Source of the DNA: a virus
DNA length: 59,732 nt
Strand: one strand, 5' to 3'
Virus record (IMG/VR): IMGVR_UViG_3300040801_002535
Shown piece after piece: positions 48,990 through 57,933 of this stretch. A program made the translations under genes and the position numbers. Position 1 is the first letter of the stretch; every line of letters begins with the position of its first letter. Under the pieces are notes generated by a model. The model saw nothing but the letters and a program-made list of their open reading frames with translations. It had not been told where the DNA came from and ran no database searches.

Positions 48990-51266
48990 ATGCCCGAAGA
49001 TATTTACATTGTCGTGGATAATCCAGTAGCTGTTATCGAGGTCTGCAAGGGCTCGACTACTGAAGGTAGTGGCGATATTGGAACCCAAGATAAGATTCAA
49101 TTCAATCCCGTATTGGGAGCCAACCCAGCGCACTCGGAAGGGCTCGTCTTCTATGACCCAGACAAACACGCACTAAGTTATTATAACGAGTATTCTGGTA
49201 TCACCTTGAATATTGGGCAGGAGGTGCTTTTCCGCGGCCTGAATAATACCGGCGCGACAATCTGGAATGGCTCCGTAGTGACTCCCGGCGCTGGTACCGT
49301 TACGTTGGCCGATGCCTACATAACGGATAAATCCCGTCTGTTGGCAATGGCTACCCATGATATCCCGAACGGCCAGTTTGGTTACTTCACGCGTCTTGGT
49401 CAAGTAGGCGGACTGGAAACAGAAGAGTTCCCTGTCAATACTCTGCTTTATCTTGGGCGGGATGGCGCATTTGTCGCCGAGCAGCCAACCCTCGGCGGCT
49501 ATTCCAATCTTCTCGGAGTCGTAAATATCTCCGATGGAGGAAATGGTGTTATAGCTTTTAACCCCCAAATTTCCACTTTAACGGTAGAGGCAACTGACAC
49601 GAACGGCTTTCCACCAGAGCAGCGGAATAACACCGGGATTGCGGTCAACGCTGGTACACTAGAACTGACCGTAGATGCGGCAGGCTATCCATTCCACTTT
49701 TATGAGAATGGGAATAAGTTCGAAAGACCCGCGCCAGACACAGTGGCCTTTACTAACACCGAAGGGGAATGGTGGTTCTACTATCAAGACGGCGTATTGA
49801 TTTCGGAATACAATCCGAGCGGTGCGCAGCGCGAGCATATCATTCTGAATCACGCATTCGTGAGCAGCTTTTATTGGAATGCCACTGATGGTGTTGTTGT
49901 TCTCGATCATACCGACGAGCGCCATGGCATCAGCATGAGCCCAGCGGTCCACCTTAATCTGCACAAGACAAGAGGAGCTCAATACATTAGCGGGTTTAGT
50001 GTTGGGAACGTCAACGCAGATGCTAACGGCAGTCTGGATCAGCATGCTCAATTCAGTGTAACCTCAGGTACCTACCTCGACGAGGACCTTGAGCATAGTA
50101 GCAATTTCTTTTCAGCAGGCGGAACATACCCCGTGATTTATAACTTGGGTTTGAATGCGAACCTGCGCGAAGGGAGTCAAGCTGGATTTGCTTTCTTGAA
50201 TGCGCCAGCAGGACGGCCCTACTATAATGAGCTAGATGACGGCCAGTGGTTCTTGACCGAGGTACCAAATAACGATTTCGTACTGATTCACCTCTTTAGC
50301 TTCAATGGCGTGAATAAAAATCTAACTGCCGTCATGGGTCAAGCCTTCTATGCTAATCGCAGTGCTGCCCGCGACGGTGCCAACACCGAGATTAGTAATA
50401 TCCTAACCCAGTTACCGCTTGCCGAGATGATCCCGATCGCGACAATAATCTTAGAGTGCCGAGATGTCTATAGTAATAGCGTTAACGCGCGTATTCGTTC
50501 CACCGACGAAGGTGATGACTATGTCGATTGGCGGACAACAGCTTTGTCCACAGGTAATCCTGCAAACAGCCACCTCAATCTGACCGATCTGAAGAAGGCC
50601 GCGTCTGGCGAGGCATGGGGTCATGTGGACAACAGCCTTCCATTGCAGCTCCCTCAGCTTACTACGGCAGAGCGTGATCTGATCATTCCGAACGAGGGGA
50701 TGATAATCAGAAACACGACCACCGCTGAAATTGAAGAATATGCAGCCGGTGCTTGGACGGCTCTTGGCGGTGCTCCTGCTGGTGGCGGAGGCGGCTGGAC
50801 AAAAGTTGGTTCTTATACCTTGGTGGGTGGAGAAACATCTATTCTATTCGACGAGCTGTCTGGTGCCCCTTTGTTTAAGGTGCTTATCAACGGCAACCTA
50901 TTCACGGCGACAACCGATATCGAGGTTATGCCGAACCTACAACTAACCTCAACCGATTATGCTACCTTCAGAGCTATTAATTACGGCAACCCAGGACTAT
51001 TATCTGGATACTGCATCTGCGGATCGCAATCGGCAGTCGGCACCCAGATAAATAATGTAGAGGTAGACGTGCACTCTACTCCTCAAGGTATGATGATGAT
51101 AGGGACTTCGAACGCTGCTCAGGTTGGAGGTGGTTATGTCCATTATGATAATGTTGTAATCAACGAAGATACAACCCAAGCAATCACATCACTTACTGTG
51201 CGCGGTAGGAATTTGCCATCCATGATTCCGGGCGCTACAATTACTGTTTGGGAAGGAGACGTATAA
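48990..51266 (+). CDS. Large fibre/spike-like protein (758 aa) between the capsid and connector genes
   Basis: AAGGAGTTTGAG-ATG at 48990. Beta-rich with a Gly-rich linker (GGAPAGGGGGW) and a C-terminal beta-sandwich-like domain. No enzyme motif recognised. Confidence 0.65.
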   Translation: MPEDIYIVVDNPVAVIEVCKGSTTEGSGDIGTQDKIQFNPVLGANPAHSEGLVFYDPDKHALSYYNEYSGITLNIGQEVLFRGLNNTGATIWNGSVVTPGAGTVTLADAYITDKSRLLAMATHDIPNGQFGYFTRLGQVGGLETEEFPVNTLLYLGRDGAFVAEQPTLGGYSNLLGVVNISDGGNGVIAFNPQISTLTVEATDTNGFPPEQRNNTGIAVNAGTLELTVDAAGYPFHFYENGNKFERPAPDTVAFTNTEGEWWFYYQDGVLISEYNPSGAQREHIILNHAFVSSFYWNATDGVVVLDHTDERHGISMSPAVHLNLHKTRGAQYISGFSVGNVNADANGSLDQHAQFSVTSGTYLDEDLEHSSNFFSAGGTYPVIYNLGLNANLREGSQAGFAFLNAPAGRPYYNELDDGQWFLTEVPNNDFVLIHLFSFNGVNKNLTAVMGQAFYANRSAARDGANTEISNILTQLPLAEMIPIATIILECRDVYSNSVNARIRSTDEGDDYVDWRTTALSTGNPANSHLNLTDLKKAASGEAWGHVDNSLPLQLPQLTTAERDLIIPNEGMIIRNTTTAEIEEYAAGAWTALGGAPAGGGGGWTKVGSYTLVGGETSILFDELSGAPLFKVLINGNLFTATTDIEVMPNLQLTSTDYATFRAINYGNPGLLSGYCICGSQSAVGTQINNVEVDVHSTPQGMMMIGTSNAAQVGGGYVHYDNVVINEDTTQAITSLTVRGRNLPSMIPGATITVWEGDV

Positions 51267-51267
51267 G

Positions 51268-51648
51268 ATGAGGGTAACTGTTACCAATAACAAAGTGACT
51301 GCCACCGAGGAGGAAACATTCAGCCTTACACCAGAGCAGCAGCAGGCAGAGGCTTTTCGTGCCCTTAAAGAGGTTGGAGAGGTGCTCGTAACCAACCTAA
51401 TTCAGCAACGGGTCGACACGTACAATGCTGCTCATGGGCTCGTTTTCGAAAGCGCTCATTCATGCTCAAACTATAGGGACATTGCTGGTTACACCCATCG
51501 CCAATTCTGCGATGACATTTGGTTATGGAATGTCGCCGTTTGGGAAGCGGCTCGAGCGATCATGTACGCCGTAGTGATTGGTGCCAGAACAGCCCCTAGC
51601 GAAGCAGAGCTATTAGCAGAGCTTCCAGCATACGAAGGGGTAGAATAA
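51268..51648 (+). CDS. Hypothetical protein (126 aa), possible fibre accessory/chaperone
   Basis: AAGGAGACGTATAAG-ATG, immediately after the fibre-like gene. Confidence 0.5.
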   Translation: MRVTVTNNKVTATEEETFSLTPEQQQAEAFRALKEVGEVLVTNLIQQRVDTYNAAHGLVFESAHSCSNYRDIAGYTHRQFCDDIWLWNVAVWEAARAIMYAVVIGARTAPSEAELLAELPAYEGVE

Positions 51649-51926
51649 TGCGCTTTATAAAGAACTTCTTTTACTGGATTGACCAAGGCGCTAACCTTCT
51701 TGGCGGAAATATATGGAATTGGTTTTATGGCCATGAGCCTACATGGTTTGGATATCGGGACGAAACATTAAGCAGTGCTATGGGTAAGGCAATGCGTTAT
51801 CATGTAAAACACAACCAACCAGCAAAGCACCACTATTTTATTGTTGCTTGCATCTGGTTCCTTGAGAAGGTCGATCCCGGTCATATATCAAGGTCTATTG
51901 AAGACGACGAAGGGAGACAGGTCTAA
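51648..51926 (+). CDS. Hypothetical protein (92 aa)
   Basis: TAATG coupling on both sides. Confidence 0.5.
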   Translation: MRFIKNFFYWIDQGANLLGGNIWNWFYGHEPTWFGYRDETLSSAMGKAMRYHVKHNQPAKHHYFIVACIWFLEKVDPGHISRSIEDDEGRQV

Positions 51927-52291
51927 TGCCAATCATATCCTCAACGGAGGTTAAGGCAATCATCACAACGAAGTATGATGATGTCGCTCCATTTATTAAG
52001 GTTGCTGAAGTATTCTTGGCAGACAAGTTTTCCGGCGTCTCGATTGGGACTGCGCTTAATAAAGAAATTCATCGTTGGACTGCCGCGCATTTCATCTCGA
52101 TCTCCGATCCAAGACTCACCGAAAAAGAAGTTGGTGAGGCCACCGAGAAATTCAATAACAAACTGACTGGCAATACCGAGGGTCTCAAAGCTACTATGTA
52201 CGGCAGGCAAGCCATCGCCCTTGACCCGACCGGCCTGTTGGCGAAAGCTACCAACCGCGCTGCTACTTTTGAGGCGATAGGCCAATGCTAG
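51926..52291 (+). CDS. Head-tail adaptor (DUF4054-like)
   Basis: Position and size fit. The WTAAHFISI segment is typical of DUF4054 adaptors. Confidence 0.6.
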   Translation: MPIISSTEVKAIITTKYDDVAPFIKVAEVFLADKFSGVSIGTALNKEIHRWTAAHFISISDPRLTEKEVGEATEKFNNKLTGNTEGLKATMYGRQAIALDPTGLLAKATNRAATFEAIGQC

Positions 52292-52656
52292 GTCAAGGCG
52301 CTAACGTCCCAATGGTTTGGTGGAAGCAATCTGCTGTCCGAACCGGCGATGGGCAGATAACATTCGAGGCGCCGATTGAGCTGCGCTGCCACTGGGAAGA
52401 TCGCCGCGAGGAGGTCCGAGTCAATACCGGTGCACAATCCATTTCTACGGCTACCGTTTTTATTCCAGCGGAATGTTTTTCCGACCCGACCAACGTCGTC
52501 AAAGAAGGGGATTTTATCGATCAGCTGGCGCTCGAGGATTTGGACGCTTCCCAGAAAGCTAATCCACTTTCTAATCAAAACGCCCAAGCGGTTTTAGTCG
52601 CCAGTAAGAACAGAGACCTCAATGGCGCTATTATGTTTTGGAAGGTCCAACTATGA
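52285..52656 (+). CDS. Head closure / head-tail joining protein
   Basis: Position between the adaptor and the gp10-like gene. Small beta protein of 123 aa. Confidence 0.5.
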   Translation: MLGQGANVPMVWWKQSAVRTGDGQITFEAPIELRCHWEDRREEVRVNTGAQSISTATVFIPAECFSDPTNVVKEGDFIDQLALEDLDASQKANPLSNQNAQAVLVASKNRDLNGAIMFWKVQL

Positions 52657-53036
52657 GCAGGGTCAGCGGCTTAGATAATGTCCTCCGAAATCTCAATAAG
52701 GAGATCGGGAAGATTGAAAATAGAGGCGCTATTGGTCTTGGCAAAGCTGCGCTCTTTATTGAGCGCGAAGGCATTAAACAAACCCCTGTGGATACCGGCA
52801 CCCTTGTCCACAGTTGGTATGTTGCTACCCTTCTTCGCACTTCGGTTCGGACTACTGTTGAGATTGGCTTGACTGCCGCTTATGCTCCAATCCTACATGA
52901 GCGGACTCATTCCGTGAATGGAAAGCGTATTAGATTTAAAAAAGCAGGTGCCAAACCAAAGTTTTTGGAGGATCCTATCAAACATAACACGGCAAGGATT
53001 CTGGACATCATAAGGAGCAATGCGACTATCCGATGA
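52653..53036 (+). CDS. HK97 gp10-family neck/tail completion protein
   Basis: KQTPVDTGTLVHSW and YAPILHE motifs. ATGA overlap. Confidence 0.7.
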   Translation: MSRVSGLDNVLRNLNKEIGKIENRGAIGLGKAALFIEREGIKQTPVDTGTLVHSWYVATLLRTSVRTTVEIGLTAAYAPILHERTHSVNGKRIRFKKAGAKPKFLEDPIKHNTARILDIIRSNATIR

Positions 53037-53425
53037 ATGCGCCTAGTAAAGACATTGCAGAGCTTTTATCCCAGACCGGATTCGGAGCGCTTGGCACCGT
53101 TGGCGTAGACCTATTTTATGCCTATGAGCCAGCAGAGCCAGCGCAAGTAATCTCCGTGATTGATACTGGCGGCTTTGATGCCGATGCCAATAAAAGCTAT
53201 GACCGTCCAACAGTCCAAATACTGACGCGTGCTACTTCCTATGACGCCGCTTATGCTTTGGCGGAAACTGCCAAGCTCAATCTAAACGGCACGCAGGAAA
53301 TAACAATCAACGGAGCTCGATATATTGGGATTTGGTCCCAAGGCGATATCATCTCCCTCGGCAAAGATGCCAACAGTTGGCATGGATTTAGTTTAAACTT
53401 CAGGCTGCATCGAACAGCTATCTAA
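53033..53425 (+). CDS. Tail terminator / tail completion protein (DUF3168-like)
   Basis: Position immediately upstream of the major tail protein. 130 aa. Confidence 0.55.
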   Translation: MNAPSKDIAELLSQTGFGALGTVGVDLFYAYEPAEPAQVISVIDTGGFDADANKSYDRPTVQILTRATSYDAAYALAETAKLNLNGTQEITINGARYIGIWSQGDIISLGKDANSWHGFSLNFRLHRTAI

Positions 53426-53447
53426 CAACAGGCAATAGGAGGAACTT

Positions 53448-53870
53448 ATGCCAAGCTCAGCAATCAGTGGAGTCGGTGCGGTTTTCAATCGTAGCGATTT
53501 AGCGACAGCCCCGGTCTTTACCGCGCTGGCTGAGGTCAACAGCATTACCGGCCCCAGCATGTCCCGCGAGACCATCGACGTTACGAGCCTTGATTCAACT
53601 GGCGGTTATCGCGAGTTCATTCCGGGATTCCGTGATGCTGGCGATGTCCAGCTCAACATGAATTACAGCAAAGCAGGTTACGACCTGATGAAAGCAGACT
53701 TCGAAAGCAATGTCCTCGGCCAATATCAGATTGTTCTCCCAGACGCTGATACCACCACGTTAGCGTTCAGCGCCCTCGTTACCGAGCTGCCGTTGGAGAT
53801 CCCGACAGATGATAAAGTCACCATGAATGTGACTCTGAAAATCACTGGTCAGGTAACCGTTACCCCGTAA
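53448..53870 (+). CDS. Major tail (tube) protein
   Basis: ATAGGAGGAACTT-ATG. 140 aa. Located upstream of the G/GT chaperones and the tape measure gene. Confidence 0.85.
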   Translation: MPSSAISGVGAVFNRSDLATAPVFTALAEVNSITGPSMSRETIDVTSLDSTGGYREFIPGFRDAGDVQLNMNYSKAGYDLMKADFESNVLGQYQIVLPDADTTTLAFSALVTELPLEIPTDDKVTMNVTLKITGQVTVTP

Positions 53871-53932
53871 CATTTGAGTTGTAATCTAAAGGGGCGGTGC
53901 AATGGTACCGCCCCACATTCAAGGAGATGATC

Positions 53933-54319
53933 ATGGCAAAGCCAAAAGTAGCAAAAAGAGTTTTTATCGGAAAAGATGCAATCCTCAATTCGGCCCTCGT
54001 AACGGAAGTCGTTGACGTCCCTGAGTTTGGCGCAGATGCCGCGGTGCTCGTTAAAGCATTGAACGGTCAGGAACGCGACCTCTTTGAGGTAACTCTTTTC
54101 GTCGGAGAAGGCAAAGACCGCAAGGCGAACATGGTTAACGCTCGCGCCCGGCTTTGCAGCCTAGCAATTGTGGACGAAGAGGGTAATAACATGTTTACCT
54201 TTGAAGAGGCAGAAGCGCTCGGCAAGAAGAATGCTGCCGCTCTGGATCGCATCTATGAAGTAGCTAGTGAGCTGTGCGGCTTTTCTGAGTCAGCTAGAAA
54301 GCAGCTACAAAAAAACTAG
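53933..54319 (+). CDS. Tail assembly chaperone (gpG-like)
   Basis: CAAGGAGATGATC-ATG at 53933. Ends with the slippery A_AAA_AAC just before TAG. Confidence 0.8.
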   Translation: MAKPKVAKRVFIGKDAILNSALVTEVVDVPEFGADAAVLVKALNGQERDLFEVTLFVGEGKDRKANMVNARARLCSLAIVDEEGNNMFTFEEAEALGKKNAAALDRIYEVASELCGFSESARKQLQKN

Positions 54320-54657
54320 TAGCCCGTCCAGAGCGCAGGTTTCAATTCCGCCTCGCTCTGGCGTTGGGCCGAACAGTTGACGAGCTCCTTTCCAGCATAA
54401 GCAGCGAGGAGCTCGTAGAATGGGAATTGTATTACGAGATGGAACCATGGGGCGTTGAGCAAGCATGGCATAGAGCTGGTATGATCACCAGCATGCTCTA
54501 TAACATAGCGAGCAAGAAAGGAACCACCGTAAAAAGCAGCGCCGATTTCGTCCCGGATTACATGGCAAAGTTTACTCAGCCTGTCAAGCAGACGGTAGAG
54601 CAGATGAAAGAGGCTTTTGGCATAATAGCAAAAGCATTCAATAAAAACAAGGAGTAA
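53933..54657 (+). CDS. Tail assembly chaperone G-T fusion made by -1 programmed frameshift at 54310-54316
   Basis: The -1 frame from AAAAAAC reads KKLVARPERRFQFRLALALGRTVDELL..., joining ORF 54364-54657. Frame arithmetic checked: start phases are 2 and 1. Confidence 0.75.
54310..54359 (+). promoter_or_regulatory. -1 ribosomal frameshift signal: slippery heptamer plus downstream stem-loop
   Basis: A_AAA_AAC (54310-54316) in the zero frame, then a 9-nt spacer, then the stem ccagagcg/cgctctgg (54326-54359). Confidence 0.75.
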
Positions 54658-54660
54658 ACA

Positions 54661-56616
54661 ATGGCCGCAAGTATAGGAACCTTAATAGCGCATCTCGGCT
54701 TAGATAGTACGCAAATGGAAGTCGGCATGCGGCGCGGCGATAACGCCATGCGTAAGTTCGAAGGCAAGATGTCTCGTTCAACAAAGCGGATTAGCAATAG
54801 CTTTTCCACAATGGGTTCCTTGATCGGCGGTGCTGTTGTCGTTGGCATCACTAAGAATATCGGTAATGCGGCACTAGCTGTCGAGCGTTTTGAGGCTCGG
54901 GTTAGTGCCGCTGCTGGTAGCTCCAAAGCCGCTGCCATCGAACTAACTTTTGTCCGCAATGAAGTCAAACGCCTCGGTCTGGATCTTATGGCAGCAGGCG
55001 ATGGCTTCTCCCAGATAGCAGCTGCAGCAAAAGGGACCGAACTTGCTGGGGCTGGTGTCCGCGATATCTTCACCTCCGTATCTGAAGCCAGTGCCGTTAT
55101 GAAGCTGAGCGCTGATGATACCAAAGGTGCCTTCCGTGCAATCAGTCAGATCATGTCAAAAGGAACGGTTCAGGCCGAAGAGCTTAGAGGCCAATTAGGC
55201 GAGCGCGTTCCGGGCGCCTTCCAAATCGCTGCCCGCGCTATGGGTAAGACGACACAAGAGCTTGGCAAGATGTTGGAGATGGGTCAGGTTACTGCAGTTG
55301 ACTTCCTGCCAAAGTTCGCCGAAGAACTGAAGCGCACCTTCAATGACGGTCTCCCAGAAGCAGTTCGAAGCTCCCAAGCACAAATCAATCGCTTTGGTAA
55401 CATGATGGTCGAGCTCAAAAACCGCATAGCGCAAAGCGGTCTCTTCGATGCCTTTTTAACCGGACTCAAATTCGTTAGCGACGGTATTGTGGCATTAGAG
55501 TTTGTCTTCTGGCAATTTGCTGCTGCTGGTGAACGCATTGGAATTACTATGCGGGATCGCTTCCGCACCCAATGGGTGCAGATTGGAGCGGACTTCGAAC
55601 GCCTATGGGTAGGCGCAAAAAAGATGCTAAGTGATTTTATTGGTTTCGGCTTAGAGCGTATTGCTGACCTCGCTAGCGGAGTCGGCAAACTTCTATCCAT
55701 GATCCCAACAGCCGCCGCCGCAGCCGGAGCCAAGGCTGCTGCCCAGAGTGCCACTAATCTAAGAATGCAAGCAGACGCTCTTAATGATTACGGCGCCGCT
55801 TTCGCAGCGATCACTGCCAACGAAAAAGCAGCATACGCTGAGATTGCTGGTGATACTGAAAATCTAATGAACTTCGTCGAAGAGCGTTTCCAGTCCCGAA
55901 TTGCTCCGCTCATGGGACCAGAAGCAACTCAGGCTTCCATTGTCGATAATACAGATACTGGAGCAACCACCGGCGGCTTGTCCGCTGCTGATGAAGCTGA
56001 GATTGCTGCCAATGAACAAATGACTATGCTCCGTGATGGTTGGCGTATGCAGGAAATAGCCAAGCAGATGGATCTTCAAGAAGCACTTCTTGCAATGGAA
56101 GAAGAGACCATAAAAAAGAAGAAGGCTTACTGGGATATGACCCTTGGCGGATTTACCAATTTTACTGCTGGCCTTGTCGGGATCGCCGGGAAGAACAACA
56201 AGAAGATGGCAGCGGTTAATAAAGCATTCGCGGCAATCGAAGCAGTTCGAAATATGTGGTTAGGCGTTTCTGCTGGTGTTGCTTTGGGCTGGCCGAAAGG
56301 AATCCCGGCGGTTGCTTGGGCAATCGGAACAGGGATGAAAGCCATATCCGCAATCGGAGGCGGTGGGGGCGGTGGGGTTGCCAGTGCTAGCGGATCTCCA
56401 GCCGCTGCTACGTTGCCGTCCCCTGTAGTAAACACAGGCGTTGACACTGGCGCCACGAATCTTCAAGGACCTCAAGAAGTTCACGTGCAACTATCTGCGA
56501 CAGGCGATATAATAGACCTTGATCAGTGGATGGCTGATAAGGGTGCGCCGGCGATAGCGAAGCTGCTAAGAATGGGCACTGACTTTGGAATCAATCAAGA
56601 CGCGATAACCACCTAA
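54661..56616 (+). CDS. Tape measure protein
   Basis: 651 aa with the TP901-type core AFRAISQIMSKGTVQAEELRGQLGERVPGAFQIAARAMG. Gly-rich C-terminal region. Confidence 0.9.
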   Translation: MAASIGTLIAHLGLDSTQMEVGMRRGDNAMRKFEGKMSRSTKRISNSFSTMGSLIGGAVVVGITKNIGNAALAVERFEARVSAAAGSSKAAAIELTFVRNEVKRLGLDLMAAGDGFSQIAAAAKGTELAGAGVRDIFTSVSEASAVMKLSADDTKGAFRAISQIMSKGTVQAEELRGQLGERVPGAFQIAARAMGKTTQELGKMLEMGQVTAVDFLPKFAEELKRTFNDGLPEAVRSSQAQINRFGNMMVELKNRIAQSGLFDAFLTGLKFVSDGIVALEFVFWQFAAAGERIGITMRDRFRTQWVQIGADFERLWVGAKKMLSDFIGFGLERIADLASGVGKLLSMIPTAAAAAGAKAAAQSATNLRMQADALNDYGAAFAAITANEKAAYAEIAGDTENLMNFVEERFQSRIAPLMGPEATQASIVDNTDTGATTGGLSAADEAEIAANEQMTMLRDGWRMQEIAKQMDLQEALLAMEEETIKKKKAYWDMTLGGFTNFTAGLVGIAGKNNKKMAAVNKAFAAIEAVRNMWLGVSAGVALGWPKGIPAVAWAIGTGMKAISAIGGGGGGGVASASGSPAAATLPSPVVNTGVDTGATNLQGPQEVHVQLSATGDIIDLDQWMADKGAPAIAKLLRMGTDFGINQDAITT

Positions 56617-56628
56617 GGAGAACGGGAC

Positions 56629-57933
56629 ATGTCCGCACCATATTACGTAGTGAGCAATAACGGACCGAACGCTTCGATATCAGTTGCGGATACAGCGTCT
56701 GGGTATGATGCAGACAACCTACTGCTTTTGGAGGAGTCGTTGCGCTGGAAAGCCGCTACTGGCGGAATCGTGGAGATAAACCTATTTGTGGACCAATATG
56801 ACAGTTTTGAAGGCATGTGGTTTTTAGGAGATCGGGATGGCCTTTGGGGACGCTTGGCTGAAATCACTTTGGGAGACGCTCCTCCAGTACCGCAAGCAGA
56901 TTTGCTTTCTGGATGGACCCTGAGTGGAGCTTCTGCCACCCGCACAGCATGGCCATCCGTGACTGGACCAGATGGCGTTTCTATCCCGTGGAAACTTGAG
57001 GACGCCAATGCCAGCGAACACCATACGCTAGAATGGACGCAAGCCATAGCAGCAGACACCGCCACGCACTCAGTAGAGCATTGGCTCAAGCGCGGCAGTC
57101 TGTCTGAAACCATGGTCCAGTTGGTGGAGACAGGCGGAACCCTGTTGCTCATGAACGCTACTCTTGACTGGAATGGAAATGACCAAAATCCAGCAAAGCC
57201 ATCATGGCCAACATTCGATATCACGCCGGCACCCGGATATTCAGCAGAGGTCATTGATTTCGACCACAACACTGGTTGGGCTAGGGTTCGTTTGGAAATG
57301 CAGAACAATGGAACAAACACCACTTTGACCACGCGTATCTATCCGGGCGGATCTAATGCTGCCAGTGTTGGCTATGTTTATGCTTGGGGCGGTTATGTAG
57401 ATGCCACTGCCGACCTTATCTATGATTACGTTTTCGCAGGAGCTTTGTACCAAAACAACGATGTTGGGTTCGCCCCATTTAAAGCTCCGTCCAGTAAGCC
57501 ATACGCATTGATCAGGCTCACTAATTGGGACCGTGCGTATGAGCTGGCGAATATCACCATGGCAGAGCGAAAACCGTTGCCGTCATTATTGGAGGAGACC
57601 TTTAGCAATATGGAGACCACCGGAACACAACAAGTCTCCTCTGCCGGTTACTACGTCGGAAGCACCAAAAAGAAGTCGCTACGAAAACACATCTTAAAAT
57701 GGCCACCCATAGATCAACAGTCAGATAAGCATGGGTGGTTGATTGATTTACGTAATGATCTAATCAGGGATATGAAGCCAATGTATTTCATGTCGGACGG
57801 AGACGATCATCGCGGCTATTTCTGTTGGGGAGAAGATAATCCAAAATTCAGCGTAACGCGACGCAACCAGAACGCCGGAGCATATGAAGTTGGTCAAGTC
57901 ATTCTATATAGCAGAGAAACGGAGATCAGATGA
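56629..57933 (+). CDS. Distal tail protein-like (Dit position) with extra domains
   Basis: First gene after the tape measure gene. 434 aa. Called from position only. Confidence 0.5.
   Translation: MSAPYYVVSNNGPNASISVADTASGYDADNLLLLEESLRWKAATGGIVEINLFVDQYDSFEGMWFLGDRDGLWGRLAEITLGDAPPVPQADLLSGWTLSGASATRTAWPSVTGPDGVSIPWKLEDANASEHHTLEWTQAIAADTATHSVEHWLKRGSLSETMVQLVETGGTLLLMNATLDWNGNDQNPAKPSWPTFDITPAPGYSAEVIDFDHNTGWARVRLEMQNNGTNTTLTTRIYPGGSNAASVGYVYAWGGYVDATADLIYDYVFAGALYQNNDVGFAPFKAPSSKPYALIRLTNWDRAYELANITMAERKPLPSLLEETFSNMETTGTQQVSSAGYYVGSTKKKSLRKHILKWPPIDQQSDKHGWLIDLRNDLIRDMKPMYFMSDGDDHRGYFCWGEDNPKFSVTRRNQNAGAYEVGQVILYSRETEIR

Noticed and set aside
54576-57332. Minus-strand ORFs of 182, 156, 109 and 229 aa inside the tape measure and Dit-like genes
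   Set aside because: They are antisense to long, motif-supported structural genes in a strictly unidirectional operon. Their Ala/Ser/Pro-rich products are typical of antisense frames of GC-rich coding DNA.
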